Positions 9,483-19,097 of a stretch of 64,000 nt of DNA are shown here, in pieces; the stretch's first letter is position 1, and the number at the start of each line of letters is the position of its first letter. Under the pieces are notes generated by a model. That model was given only the letters and a program-made list of their open reading frames with translations, did no database searches and was not told where the DNA came from. The DNA comes from an uncultured Acidobacteriota bacterium. GTDB taxonomy: Bacteria; Acidobacteriota; Thermoanaerobaculia; Multivoradales; UBA5704. The DNA is taken from assembly GCA_963770895.1 (NCBI GenBank), contig CAVYRF010000001.1, forward strand, positions 704,481 to 768,480, written 5' to 3'. A program made the position numbers and the translations under genes.

Positions 9483-10261
9483 GCGCGGCCACCCTGTGCG
9501 ACGACGAGCGCCTCTTCTTCGAGGCCAACGGCTACCTCATGCTGGAAGGCGCCCTGACCGCCGCCGAAGTCGCCCGCCTGCGCCAGGTCACCGACGAAGC
9601 CGAGCAGCGTTTTCACCGCAACCCCGATCTGCCGGGCTCGCGCCTGCCGGAATTCCTTGAGCTCGAAGCCATCATGGAGTATCACCAGCAGCTCTTCGAT
9701 CTCGTCGAGCACCCCCACGTCTTCCCGCGCGTGCGCCAGGTGCTGGGCCCCGACATCGCCGTGATCGATCACGCCTACTACGTCACCCCGCCGGGCGGCG
9801 TCGTCACCGGCAGCGCCTGGCACACCGACCTGGGCAAGCGCATTCACGGCGTCTACAACCCGCGCTCGATCCTGATGGTGCGGGTGATGTACACCCTGGA
9901 CGACGTCGGTCCGAACGACGGCGCCACCCTGGTGCTGCCGGGCTCGCACCGCTTCACCCCCGACGTCGCGGTGCCGCGCGTCGAAGTGCCCGAGCAGATG
10001 CCCGGCAGCGTGCGCCTGACATGCCCGGCCGGCAGCGCCTACCTGTTCAACGGCAACATCCTGCACTGCCCCGGCAACAACCGCGGCACCCGCAACCGCC
10101 GCATGCTGCTCTACAACTACGGCCACCGCTGGATGCGCATGTGGAAAGGCCACGACCCGTCGCCATGGCTGGCCCAGCGCGCCACCACCCCCATGCGCCG
10201 CCAGCTCCTCGGCCTCGGCCGCCACTACTACGGCGCCGACGCCCCCTGCGAACCCGCCTGA
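9479..10261 (+). CDS. Phytanoyl-CoA dioxygenase (PhyH) family oxygenase, paralog 2 (GTG start)
   Basis: GTG start overlaps the previous stop (GTGA). VSAATLCDDERLFFEANGYLMLEGAL aligns to the paralog 1 N-terminus. Shared motifs include WHTDLG and HCPGNNRGTRNRRMLLYNYGHRWMRMW. 260 aa. Confidence 0.75.
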   Translation: MSAATLCDDERLFFEANGYLMLEGALTAAEVARLRQVTDEAEQRFHRNPDLPGSRLPEFLELEAIMEYHQQLFDLVEHPHVFPRVRQVLGPDIAVIDHAYYVTPPGGVVTGSAWHTDLGKRIHGVYNPRSILMVRVMYTLDDVGPNDGATLVLPGSHRFTPDVAVPRVEVPEQMPGSVRLTCPAGSAYLFNGNILHCPGNNRGTRNRRMLLYNYGHRWMRMWKGHDPSPWLAQRATTPMRRQLLGLGRHYYGADAPCEPA

Positions 10262-11409
10262 GCGCCGGTCTCCTCGATCGTTGCCGGACGCTTGCCCGCC
10301 CGGTGGTGCAGCAAGCCGGGAAGATCTCCCAGGGGGGAGGGCGGCGTCAGGCGATGGTAGGAGAGGGCCTGGACGCTGTTGCCCAGCCAGCGCGGCCAGG
10401 CGCGGGCCAGGGCGAAGCCGACTTCGGCGGGCCAGGTGGCGAAGCGCCGGCGGTAGAGCACCTGGTCGCGGTCGACGTCCACCACGCGCAGCTCGTTGCG
10501 GTCGGCCAGCGCGAAGGCGTAGATGCCGCCGGCGATCTGCTGCACGTCGTGCAGCCAGCGGGAGCCGACGGCGAAGCGGTGGGCGATGCGGCCGCCGTCG
10601 TCCAGGACGATCAGGGCGCCGGCGGTGCTGTCGGCAAAGTAGAGGCGGCCGGCGTCGTCGAAGCGGGCACCGTGGCAGCCGACGAAGCCGCGGGTGACCT
10701 CCTCGTAGCGCTCGCGCTGCAGGTCGTAGACCCCGATCGCCCCCTGGATCAGGGTCGATACCGCGATCCAGCGCCCGCTCGCGTCGGGAAAGGCGGCGTT
10801 CACGTGCGCCGCCTGCAGCCGGTCCGGGACGTAGTGGCGGCGCAGGTCCAGCTCCGGGGTCAGCGGATAGGCGCGCGGGTAGACCGTCGCCGGCAGCGGC
10901 AGCCGGCGGACGACCGCGGCGGCGGCGTCGTCGACGACCAGCAGGGCGTCCGCCGCCGAGCACGACAGCACGGCGCCGCCGCCGGGCAGCGGCGCCACGG
11001 TGTGCAGGCCCGCCAGGTGCGGGTCTTCGCAGCGGCCGGCGAGCTCCGGGCGGGCCGCCGCCAGGCGCGTCACCAGGGCGGCGGACCGCCGCAGGCGCCA
11101 GCTCTCCAGGTGGTGCTCGCAGCCCACCAGCAGGTGGTGCGCGTCGACGAAAGCGGCGTGCTGGATGCGGACGCGGCTGCGCAGGGCGCCCAGCGGCAGC
11201 ACCCGGACGCGGCCGCCGTCCTCGACCACGCGATACAGGCTGAGGCCGCCGCTGTACAGGTGCGTCGCCGGCGGCAGGCTGGCCGCGGGCGGCGGGCGGC
11301 GCAGGCGGTCCGCATCGCCGAAGCGGCGCTCCAGGAACTGCGGCGAGCAGCGCTCCAGGTTGGTGCGCCGGCTCGAATGGGTCAGGCAGAGCAGCCCCAG
11401 GATGCGCAT
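10228..11409 (-). CDS. Hypothetical protein, beta-propeller-like (SMP-30/NHL-like repeats)
   Basis: 393-aa ORF with normal amino-acid composition and repeated strand-turn motifs (GRLYFADSTAGALIVLDDGGRIAHRF, GGIYAFALADRNELRVVDVD). No catalytic motif recognised. It overlaps the PhyH-2 3' end convergently by about 33 bp. Confidence 0.5.
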   Translation of the reverse strand: MRILGLLCLTHSSRRTNLERCSPQFLERRFGDADRLRRPPPAASLPPATHLYSGGLSLYRVVEDGGRVRVLPLGALRSRVRIQHAAFVDAHHLLVGCEHHLESWRLRRSAALVTRLAAARPELAGRCEDPHLAGLHTVAPLPGGGAVLSCSAADALLVVDDAAAAVVRRLPLPATVYPRAYPLTPELDLRRHYVPDRLQAAHVNAAFPDASGRWIAVSTLIQGAIGVYDLQRERYEEVTRGFVGCHGARFDDAGRLYFADSTAGALIVLDDGGRIAHRFAVGSRWLHDVQQIAGGIYAFALADRNELRVVDVDRDQVLYRRRFATWPAEVGFALARAWPRWLGNSVQALSYHRLTPPSPLGDLPGLLHHRAGKRPATIEETGAQAGSQGASAP

Positions 11410-11442
11410 GTGCCGCCGCCGCCGGTGTCTCGCCGCCGCCGT

Positions 11443-13359
11443 TCAGAGCCCGCGGCCGAGCAGGGCGTGGATGCGGTCCAGGTACAGGCCGGCGACCGCC
11501 TCCTGCGAGCACAGCCGCGCCACCTTGCGGCGCAGCGGCGCGCCGACGCCGGGGCCCAGGCGGGCCAGCGCCTGGCGCAGCGATGCGACGTCCGGTTCGC
11601 CGTCGCGGCTGTCGACGAACAGGATCTCGTCGGCGAACACCTGCGGCAGGGCGCCGACGCGGGTGGCGATCACCGGCACCCCCAGCATGCCGGCCTCCAC
11701 GACCACCATCGGAAACCCTTCGCTGGCCGACAGCACGACGACCGCGTCGACGCTGCGCAGCAGCGTGCCGATCGCCATGCCCGGCGGCAGCAGGTGCAAG
11801 CGCTGGGTGGTGCCGTGCGCGGCGGCCAGGGCCGCCAGGCCGGCGCGGGTCTGCTCGGCGGTGTCGATGCCCTGCACGACCAGGTTGCAGTCGAGCTCCG
11901 CCAGGCGCTCGACCAGCCAGGCGGCGCGCTTGAACAGCAGCAGCCTGCCCAGGAAGCCCAGGATCGGGGGATGCCGCGATCGTGCCGTCCGCGCCGCGCC
12001 GCCGGCGAACAGGCGCTGGCCGCTGCCGCGCAGGCGATCGCGTGAGCACGGGTTGGGGATGACCACGGCGTCGTCGATGCGGTCGCGCATCACCGGCGAC
12101 ACGCAGGCGCAGTCGTCGATCACGTGCCGCCAGCGCCGGTGGACGTCGACCTCCTGCTCCTTTTCCGTGTGCACCACGCGCAGCGAGCGCGGCCTGCGGG
12201 TCATCGACGCCAGCGCCCGCGGCACGGCGGGATTGAGCCCGTACCACAGCGCCACGTCCTGGTCCTCCAGGGCCGCCACCAGGTCCTGGCCGGTGGCGGC
12301 CACCGTCGCCGTGCCGAAGCGCGCCACCAGCTCCGGCGCCAGGTCGAAGAGCGGCTGCGGCCGCGCGTCGGCGTTGGGATCGTTGGGATCGCGGCGGGCC
12401 GGCAGCGGCGCGCCGCCCGGCACCTGGTCCAGGACGCAGACGGACACGGCGGCCCGGCGGCGCAAGGCCTCGGCCACCGCGATCATCGCGGTTTCGCCGC
12501 CGCCCAGCTCGCGGTGGGGGAAGACCACGCAGACGCGCGGCCGCGCGTGCCGCCCCCGCCGTCCCTGCCGCAGCGGTGCGAGCGGCGGCCGCTTGGCGCC
12601 GATCCCCGCCTTGCGATGGGCGATGAAGCTCCCCCAGGGGTGGGGACCGCCGGGGTCGAGGTGCACGACGTGGGTGGCGGCCAGGGCGTCGGCGATGCGC
12701 GGCGGATTGAACGGGAAGTGCCATTCGCCGCGAATCCAGCCGACGCGGTGCAGGCGGCCGGCCGCCGCCAGGCGCGCCAGGATCTCGCCCTCCGCGCCCT
12801 CGCAGTCCAGTTTCAACAGGTCGATCTCGGGGTTGCCGTGGCGGTCGAGCAGCTCGATCACGTCCAGCGCATCCACCACCACGGTGGCGGCGGCGCCTTC
12901 GCCGTGCGCCAGCGCCGCGCCCACCTCCTCGACGCGGCTGGCCGCGGCGTTGCCGTCCGCGTTGGCGCCGCCCTGGCGCAGCCGGGTGGTGCGCGCCCCC
13001 GGCCGGCCGAGCACCGCGCCGGCAAACACGCTCACCCCGTCCAGGCCGCCGACGTTGTGCGCCAGCAGGGCGGCGCTTTCGGGGTCCGGCTCGGCGGCGA
13101 TCACCCGCGCCTCGGGCCACAGGCGTTTGACCTTCAGGGTGAAGGCGCCGACGTGGGCGCCGACGTCGAGCACCGTGCGCGGGCGGTCGCCCGCCGCGCA
13201 AAGCGGCGCCAGCTGGTATTCGTCGCCTTCCAGGATGGAGCGCACCACTTCCTCGTCGCAGCGCCGCCCCGGCGGCTGGGCGCGCACCCAGAGCGTGAAG
13301 CCGGCCACTTCGATCGGCGCGGCATCCAGCAACAGGCGGGTGGCGACGACGAGCTGCAA
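11443..13359 (-). CDS. FkbM-family methyltransferase fused to GT1/GT4-type glycosyltransferase
   Basis: 638 aa. The N-terminal FkbM-like SAM methyltransferase region reads VLDVGAHVGAFTLKVKRLWPEARVIAAEPDPES. The C-terminal GT-B fold region reads AVVVLSASEGFPMVVVEAGMLGVPVIATRVGALPQVF. Confidence 0.75.
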   Translation of the reverse strand: MQLVVATRLLLDAAPIEVAGFTLWVRAQPPGRRCDEEVVRSILEGDEYQLAPLCAAGDRPRTVLDVGAHVGAFTLKVKRLWPEARVIAAEPDPESAALLAHNVGGLDGVSVFAGAVLGRPGARTTRLRQGGANADGNAAASRVEEVGAALAHGEGAAATVVVDALDVIELLDRHGNPEIDLLKLDCEGAEGEILARLAAAGRLHRVGWIRGEWHFPFNPPRIADALAATHVVHLDPGGPHPWGSFIAHRKAGIGAKRPPLAPLRQGRRGRHARPRVCVVFPHRELGGGETAMIAVAEALRRRAAVSVCVLDQVPGGAPLPARRDPNDPNADARPQPLFDLAPELVARFGTATVAATGQDLVAALEDQDVALWYGLNPAVPRALASMTRRPRSLRVVHTEKEQEVDVHRRWRHVIDDCACVSPVMRDRIDDAVVIPNPCSRDRLRGSGQRLFAGGAARTARSRHPPILGFLGRLLLFKRAAWLVERLAELDCNLVVQGIDTAEQTRAGLAALAAAHGTTQRLHLLPPGMAIGTLLRSVDAVVVLSASEGFPMVVVEAGMLGVPVIATRVGALPQVFADEILFVDSRDGEPDVASLRQALARLGPGVGAPLRRKVARLCSQEAVAGLYLDRIHALLGRGL

Positions 13360-13431
13360 GCGGCTCCTCCTTGGTCAGGCCCCGGATCGCGTGGGAGGCT
13401 CGGCCGGCATGGTATATTCTCCGCGCTCTTT

Positions 13432-14088
13432 ATGGAAAGCCTCATCAGGGTGCTCCCATCGGCTCCCCTCGCCATCCACCGCCGGAACGCTCGTGCCGGA
13501 GCTCTGGCGATGCTCCTGCTGGCCGCCTCCTGGGCCGGGGCTCCCGCTGGCGCCGCTGGGGCCGCGGCGGTTCCGGTCGTCGCCTCGGGCGACCTGCGCA
13601 TCCCGGACGTGACGCTGCTCGACCAGGACGGCCGGCCGGTGCGGTTCTGGAGCGACCTGGCGCGGGACAAGGTGGTCGCGGTCAGCTTCGTGTTCACCAC
13701 CTGCACCACCATCTGCCTGCCCATCGGCGCCAACTTCGGGCGCCTGCGCAGCCAGTTGGGCCGCCGCGCCGGCGCCGACGTCCAGCTCATCTCGATCAGC
13801 ATCGATCCCGAAGAGGACACGCCCGCCCGCCTCAAGTCCTGGGCCGCCAGGTTCGGCGGCGGACCGGGCTGGACGCTGCTCACCGGCCCGTCGCGGGACG
13901 TCGATCGTCTGCTGCGCGCGCTGCAAGCGTATACTCCCGATTTCCGCAACCACTCGTCGCTGATCTTGGTTGGAAACGCGGCGACGGGAACCTGGCGGCG
14001 GATCTCTGGCCTGGCGCCGGCGGACCAGATCGCCGCGCAGCTCACCAGCCTGGCGGCGCCGCAACGGCCGGTGCCGCCGGCCCCCTGA
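13432..14088 (+). CDS. SCO1/SenC family copper chaperone / thiol-disulfide oxidoreductase
   Basis: 218 aa from an internal Met MESLIRV. It has a signal/TM N-terminus. The thioredoxin-fold CxxxC motif is VSFVFTTCTTICLP. DPEEDTP and GWTLLTG are typical SCO1 motifs. Confidence 0.8.
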   Translation: MESLIRVLPSAPLAIHRRNARAGALAMLLLAASWAGAPAGAAGAAAVPVVASGDLRIPDVTLLDQDGRPVRFWSDLARDKVVAVSFVFTTCTTICLPIGANFGRLRSQLGRRAGADVQLISISIDPEEDTPARLKSWAARFGGGPGWTLLTGPSRDVDRLLRALQAYTPDFRNHSSLILVGNAATGTWRRISGLAPADQIAAQLTSLAAPQRPVPPAP

Positions 14089-14162
14089 CGTTTTCGGTCT
14101 GGCGCCGGTCTTAGGCTGCCAGCCATCGATTTGAGTGTTCGGAGGTTGAGAAGGAGCTGCAG

Positions 14163-14855
14163 ATGAAGTGTCTCATCCGACCCACGCTGGCGGCGCTCTC
14201 CCGGCGCGCCGGCATCGCCTCGGTGCTGGCCGCGATCGCCGCGACCGCGATGGCCGTGATCGTGCTGACCGTCACCGCCGCACCGCTCGGCGCCGCGGTG
14301 GCCTGGACCGACCACCTGACGACGGCCCCTCCCGAACCGCCGCTCGCCCCGCCCGCCGGCCCCGTCTCGCCGGCCCGCAAGTACTTCTCGGACGTGGAGC
14401 TGGTGGACCAGAACGGCCACACCCAGCACCTGTACAGCGACCTGCTGCAAGGTAAAACGGTCGTCGTCGAAGCCTTCTTCACCACCTGCACCGGCGCCTG
14501 TCCGGTGATGGGGCAGAAGCTGGCCGCCCTGCAGGAATGGCTGGGAGACCGCCTCGGCAAGGACGTCTACCTGCTCTCCTTCTCCGTCGATCCGCAGACC
14601 GACACCCCGGCGCGCCTCAAGCAATACGCCCAGCAGCTGGGCGCCCGGCCAGGCTGGTACTTCCTCACCGGCAAGAAGGAAAACGTCGACTGGGCGCTCT
14701 ACAAGCTCGGCGACTACGTCGAGCAGAAGCAGGATCACTCCAACCTGCTGATCTTCGGCAACGAGCCGACCGGTCTGTGGAAAAAAGTCTTCGGTCTGGC
14801 CCAGTCCGAAGACCTGATCCACTCCCTGGATGCGGTGCTGCACGACCGCGGTTAG
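14163..14855 (+). CDS. SCO1/SenC family protein, paralog 2
   Basis: An SD (GAAGGAG) lies 6 nt upstream. It has an N-terminal TM anchor. The CxxxC motif is EAFFTTCTGACPV. DPQTDTP and GWYFLTG are typical SCO1 motifs. 230 aa. Confidence 0.85.
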   Translation: MKCLIRPTLAALSRRAGIASVLAAIAATAMAVIVLTVTAAPLGAAVAWTDHLTTAPPEPPLAPPAGPVSPARKYFSDVELVDQNGHTQHLYSDLLQGKTVVVEAFFTTCTGACPVMGQKLAALQEWLGDRLGKDVYLLSFSVDPQTDTPARLKQYAQQLGARPGWYFLTGKKENVDWALYKLGDYVEQKQDHSNLLIFGNEPTGLWKKVFGLAQSEDLIHSLDAVLHDRG

Positions 14856-16980
14856 CCGCCGCCACCGCCGCTGCTCACTGCCAGGCGGACTGCAAGCAGT
14901 TGCCTGGCTGTGGCTCCTGGCCGCGGCGCCCTGTCTGGCCCAGGGCGCCGGCGCCCCGCCTGCCGCCCAGGCGGCGATGGTCGCCGCCGGCAAGCAGATC
15001 TACCGCACCGGCCATGACGCCGCCGGCCCCGAGATCATGGCCGTGCTCGGCGGCCAGCAGGGCGCCGAGGTGACCGCCGCGGCGCTCCCCTGCGCCGGCT
15101 GTCACGGCCGCGACGGCAAGGGGCGCCCGGAAGGCGGCGTCACCCCGTCCGATCTGACCTGGGACGCGCTCAGCCGCCCCTACCAGCTCGCCGAGCCCGG
15201 CAGCCGCCGCCACCCGCCTTACGACGAGCGCACCCTCAAGCGGGCCATCACCCTGGGCATCGACGCCGGCGGCCAGGCGCTCCAGGCCGCCATGCCGCGC
15301 TACCGCCTCACCCAGGAGCAGGCCGACCACCTGATCGCCTACATCAAGACCCTGGGGCGCGAGGCCGACCCCGGCGTTACCCCCGACCGCCTGCGCCTCG
15401 GCATCCTGCTGCCGCCCGAGCCCGAAGCCGCCGCCGTGCGCCGCGCCCTGGACGCCGCCGCCGCCCGTCTCAACGCCACCGGCGGCCTCTATGCCCGCCG
15501 TCTCGACCTGCGGTACCTGCCGCCATTGCCGCAGTCTGCCGCCATGCCGGGGCCGGAATCGACCGCTTTGGCGGCGTCGGGGATGGTTGCTTTGTCCAGG
15601 CCGGAGCTGGTTGTAGTGCGGGTGTCGGCGCCGGACGCCTTGTATCGGCCGGAGGGGGCTGCAATGCGGACACCAGCGCCGGCGGCGTTGGATGCGGCTG
15701 ACGCGGAGTCACCGCAGCGGGCTTCCTCGCCAGGGCCGGAGGCTGCAATGCGGGCACTGGGGCCGGCTACTTTGGCGGCGCCGGAGCCGGCTGACGCGGA
15801 GCCTCCGGAGAGGGTTTCCTCGCAAGGTTCCGGGGCGGCCGACCCTCTCGCCTCCGGCTCGGTTGTGCCGCCGGCTTCGCCGGCGCAGTCGGCCGCCTGG
15901 CGCGCCGCGGTCGAGCGGTTCCTGGACGCCGAGCAGCCCTTTGCCCTGGTGGCGTCGGCCGCCGCCGGCGAGGAGGCGGCGCTGGCATCCCTGGCCGCCG
16001 ACCGCGAGCTGCCCGTGGTGGGCGCCCTGACCGGGGCGCCGCCGCCGGCTTCGTCGCTCGATCGCTATGTTTTCTATCTCCAGCCGGGACTTGCCGAGCA
16101 GGCGCGAGCCCTGGTCGAGGCGGTATCCGCCGGCCTGGGCGGCGTGCCGCGCCACGCCGGCCTGCTGATCGCCGCGGCGCAGCCCGAAGCCGTGGCCGCC
16201 GCCGCCCGCGACCAGTTCGACCGCACGCGCGTTCAACCCTGGGCGGCGACCTGTGCGCCGGGAGACCGCCAACTGGCCGCGCGCATCGTCGAAGCGAATC
16301 AGGCCGGCGTCGACGCCCTGGTCTTTATCGGCGGCGCCCAGGACGCGCACGACCTGCTCGCCGGCGCCGACGCCCTGGGCTGGCATCCGCGCGTCTTCCT
16401 GCTGGCGGCCCTCGCCGCCGGCGCCGTCCTGGACGCGCCCGCTGCCTTCGCCGGCCGCCTCTACCTGGCCGCCCCCGGCCTGCCGTCGGATCTCACCGCA
16501 AAAGGCGCCGCGGCGCTGCTCGCCGCCGGCCTCGCACCCCCTTCGGGAGCGCCCGCGGCAGCCGCACCGCCCGACAACCAGGCCCCCGGCACCGCAGCCA
16601 ACAGCGGCCCGGCGGCCCAGAGCCCTACGGCTACCGCTCCGGCGCCCACCGCCCCGGCAACCCGCGGCCCGGCGTCCGGAGCCTCGGCCGGCGCCCCGGC
16701 GACACAGGCCAAGGAGCTGCCGCGCGCTACGCTCTACGAGCGTCAGGCGCTGGCGGCCTTTGCGACCTTCACCGAGGCGCTGACCCACTGCGGCCGCGAC
16801 CTCAGCCGCGACCGCCTGATCGACGCGCTGGAGGGGATGCACGACTTTGACACCGGCCTGACGCCGCTGCTCACCTTCGGCCCCGAGCGGCACCTGGGGG
16901 CGTTGGGCGCCTACGTCGTCGTCTTCGATCCCGCCCGCGGCGGCCTGGCTCCGGCCGGCGGTTGGGTGGCGCCACGTTGA
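14830..16980 (+). CDS. Cytochrome c domain fused to periplasmic binding protein (type I PBP-like) domain, secreted
   Basis: Signal-like N-terminus (RRHRR...AVAWLWLLAAAPCLAQG). Haem-binding CXXCH motif (LPCAGCHGRDG). A long Pro/Ala-rich linker follows. The C-terminal region resembles a Leu/Ile/Val-binding-protein-type domain (QAGVDALVFIGGAQDAHDLL). The start codon is ambiguous because the ORF overlaps the sco2 3' end by 26 nt. Confidence 0.65.
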   Translation: MRCCTTAVSRRHRRCSLPGGLQAVAWLWLLAAAPCLAQGAGAPPAAQAAMVAAGKQIYRTGHDAAGPEIMAVLGGQQGAEVTAAALPCAGCHGRDGKGRPEGGVTPSDLTWDALSRPYQLAEPGSRRHPPYDERTLKRAITLGIDAGGQALQAAMPRYRLTQEQADHLIAYIKTLGREADPGVTPDRLRLGILLPPEPEAAAVRRALDAAAARLNATGGLYARRLDLRYLPPLPQSAAMPGPESTALAASGMVALSRPELVVVRVSAPDALYRPEGAAMRTPAPAALDAADAESPQRASSPGPEAAMRALGPATLAAPEPADAEPPERVSSQGSGAADPLASGSVVPPASPAQSAAWRAAVERFLDAEQPFALVASAAAGEEAALASLAADRELPVVGALTGAPPPASSLDRYVFYLQPGLAEQARALVEAVSAGLGGVPRHAGLLIAAAQPEAVAAAARDQFDRTRVQPWAATCAPGDRQLAARIVEANQAGVDALVFIGGAQDAHDLLAGADALGWHPRVFLLAALAAGAVLDAPAAFAGRLYLAAPGLPSDLTAKGAAALLAAGLAPPSGAPAAAAPPDNQAPGTAANSGPAAQSPTATAPAPTAPATRGPASGASAGAPATQAKELPRATLYERQALAAFATFTEALTHCGRDLSRDRLIDALEGMHDFDTGLTPLLTFGPERHLGALGAYVVVFDPARGGLAPAGGWVAPR

Positions 16981-17810
16981 TGGGCGCCGCCCCCGCCAGC
17001 GCCGGCGGGCAGGTCGGCGCTGCCTACGACTCGATCGCCGCGGCATACGATGGCTTGGTCAGCGAAGACGCCTGGATGCGCGAGCGGCTCTGGGCGCACC
17101 ACCTGCGGGTGTTTCCCGCCGGCGCGCGAGTGCTGGACGTGGCCTGTGGCACCGGCCTCGACACCCTGCACCTTGCCGCGCGGGGTCGCCGCCTGACCGG
17201 TGTGGACGCCTCGCCGGGGATGCTGGAAGCGCTGCGCGACAAGGCCGCGGCGCTCGGGCTTGCCGGTCAGGTCGCGGTGCGGGCGGGCGACGCCGGTCAG
17301 CTGGACGATTGGGAACCCGCCAGCTTCGACGGCATCCTGTCGTCTTTCGCGGGCCTCAACACCACCGACCTGTCCGCCTTCGCCGCCGCCGCCGGCCGCC
17401 TGGTACGTCCGCGCGGCCGGGTGGTGATCCACCTGCTCGCGCCGGCCGGCATCTGGGAGCGCCTGCGCCTCGCCGCCGCCGGGAGCCCCGGCGCCGCGCT
17501 GCGCCTCGGCCGCCGCCGCCAGCTCACGGTCACCATCGCCGGAAGCGCCGTGACGCACCACCTGCTGCCCGCCGGAGACCTCTATCGCCGCCACTTCCAC
17601 GCCGCCTTCCACCTGCGCCGCTGGTACGGCCTGGGCTGGCTCTGGCCGCGCCAGTTCGGCGCCCGGCTAGGCCCCCGCACCGCCCGGGTGCTGGGCGGGC
17701 TGGACGCCGCCCTGGGCCGCTATGAACCCTGGCGCCGCTGCGCCCGCTTCCTCGTTCTCGACCTGGAGCGCCGCGACGACCAGGCCGGCCCCATCGAACG
17801 GCACGGTTGA
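16980..17810 (+). CDS. Class I SAM-dependent methyltransferase
   Basis: The ATG overlaps the previous stop (TGATG). Motif I is VLDVACGTGLDTLHLAARG. The post-I acidic motif is LTGVDASPGMLE. Confidence 0.7.
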   Translation: MGAAPASAGGQVGAAYDSIAAAYDGLVSEDAWMRERLWAHHLRVFPAGARVLDVACGTGLDTLHLAARGRRLTGVDASPGMLEALRDKAAALGLAGQVAVRAGDAGQLDDWEPASFDGILSSFAGLNTTDLSAFAAAAGRLVRPRGRVVIHLLAPAGIWERLRLAAAGSPGAALRLGRRRQLTVTIAGSAVTHHLLPAGDLYRRHFHAAFHLRRWYGLGWLWPRQFGARLGPRTARVLGGLDAALGRYEPWRRCARFLVLDLERRDDQAGPIERHG

Positions 17811-17916
17811 GCCGGCCGGGCAGCCGCACCCCAATTCCCGCGGCGCCCCCGAAACCTCCCTGGTGGCGGCCCCGTAGGGTTCGGCACGGGCGGAGATGTA
17901 CTCGCGGAGAGGGCGC

Positions 17917-18837
17917 ATGCGCAAGCTGTTGGCGGTGCTGTTGGAGCTGGCGATCGGACTGATCGTCGTGGCGGTGTTGTTCGTCGACGTGCGGGTCCTG
18001 CTGCAAAGCCCAACGTTGATCTATCTGTTCCTGCCGGTCGTCTGCGTGATCACTCTTGGCGTGGGCGCCTGGCGCGGCCGCACCAGCCCGCTCGCTGGTT
18101 GGCAGGTGGTGGCGCTGATCAACCTGCCGACGCTGGTGATCGTTGCTGCGACCGCGGGACGCGCCTGGCTGCAACTGCTCGCGTTGCCGGTTCTAGGGGC
18201 GGCGTGTACCGGTCTGGGATTGGCCGTGGCGCGCGGCCCGGCGGCCCGGCGACCGTGGCGGGCCGTGGTGCCGCTTTTGGCCATCGTGCTGGTTGCCTTG
18301 GGAGCCCTGGGCCCGCGGTTCGCCCGATCGCTGGTGTTCAGCGACGAGCAGCGCCAGCCCGCCGTCGCGTTCCGCTTCACCGACCTGGGCACCGGCGCGG
18401 TCGTCGGTGCGGAGCAGCTGCGCGGCCGCGTCGTGGTGATCGACTTCTGGGCCACCTGGTGCGTGCCCTGCCAGCACGAGCTGCCCGAGCTGGACCGTAT
18501 TGCGCAGCGCTTTGCGGGCGACCGCCGGGTGGCGTTCTACGCCGTGGACGTCCCGATGACCGACACGCCGAACGACCAGGGCGACACTCCCGAGCGGGCG
18601 CGGGCACTGTTCGGCCGCCGCGGGTTTCGCCTGCCGCTCGGTTTCGACGCCGGCGGCAGCGCGGCCGTCGCGCTGCACGCCCACGGCCTGCCGACGCTCA
18701 TCATCCTGGATCGTACAGGCCAGATGCGGCTGCGCCGCGTGGGCTACACCGGTGCCGAGGACCTCGGCGCAATCCTGGACGCCACCCTCGGGAAGCTCCT
18801 GGCCGAAGGCGCCGCGACCCCGCCGAGCCCCTCCTGA
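17917..18837 (+). CDS. Membrane-anchored TlpA/ResA-like thiol-disulfide oxidoreductase (thioredoxin family)
   Basis: Multiple N-terminal TM helices, then a thioredoxin domain with VVIDFWATWCVPCQHELPEL (WCxxC). An alternative start lies at 17896. Confidence 0.8.
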   Translation: MRKLLAVLLELAIGLIVVAVLFVDVRVLLQSPTLIYLFLPVVCVITLGVGAWRGRTSPLAGWQVVALINLPTLVIVAATAGRAWLQLLALPVLGAACTGLGLAVARGPAARRPWRAVVPLLAIVLVALGALGPRFARSLVFSDEQRQPAVAFRFTDLGTGAVVGAEQLRGRVVVIDFWATWCVPCQHELPELDRIAQRFAGDRRVAFYAVDVPMTDTPNDQGDTPERARALFGRRGFRLPLGFDAGGSAAVALHAHGLPTLIILDRTGQMRLRRVGYTGAEDLGAILDATLGKLLAEGAATPPSPS

Positions 18838-18955
18838 AGAGCGGCCCCACCGCCTTGCCGCGCCGGAGCCAGGGAGGCGCGCCAAGTTGAACGATGTTGG
18901 CTTTTTGATATGTTGTAATTGCGGTCAATGTACCAACGGCCCAAGGAGGGCTCCG

Positions 18956-19084
18956 ATGAAGAAAACGCTGATCAAGATTCGTCGTGAGACGCTGATCCCA
19001 CTCGAGGATCAATCCACTTGGCGCATCGCGGTGGTGGGCGCGACGGGCAAGTGCCCTTCCATCAACATCGGGTGCAATCAGTAA
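18956..19084 (+). CDS. Small 42-aa peptide with C-terminal two-Cys loop (MKKTLIKIRRETLIPLEDQSTWRIAVVGATGKCPSINIGCNQ), candidate secreted/modified peptide
   Basis: A strong SD (AAGGAGGG) lies 6 nt upstream of the ATG. The gene sits in a local AT-rich islet (about 18880-19200) in an otherwise 70% GC window. It is followed by a stem-loop at about 19100-19132. Codon usage is atypical for this genome (aaa, att, caa, cct, aat). No family recognised. Confidence 0.35.
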   Translation: MKKTLIKIRRETLIPLEDQSTWRIAVVGATGKCPSINIGCNQ

Positions 19085-19097
19085 AGCCCGAATCGGT

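Noticed and set aside
9419-13201. 1260-aa minus-strand ORF spanning PhyH-2 through the FkbM-GT region
   Set aside because: Extreme Arg/Gly/Pro/Ala composition. It overlaps several motif-bearing genes on both strands and is a shadow ORF.
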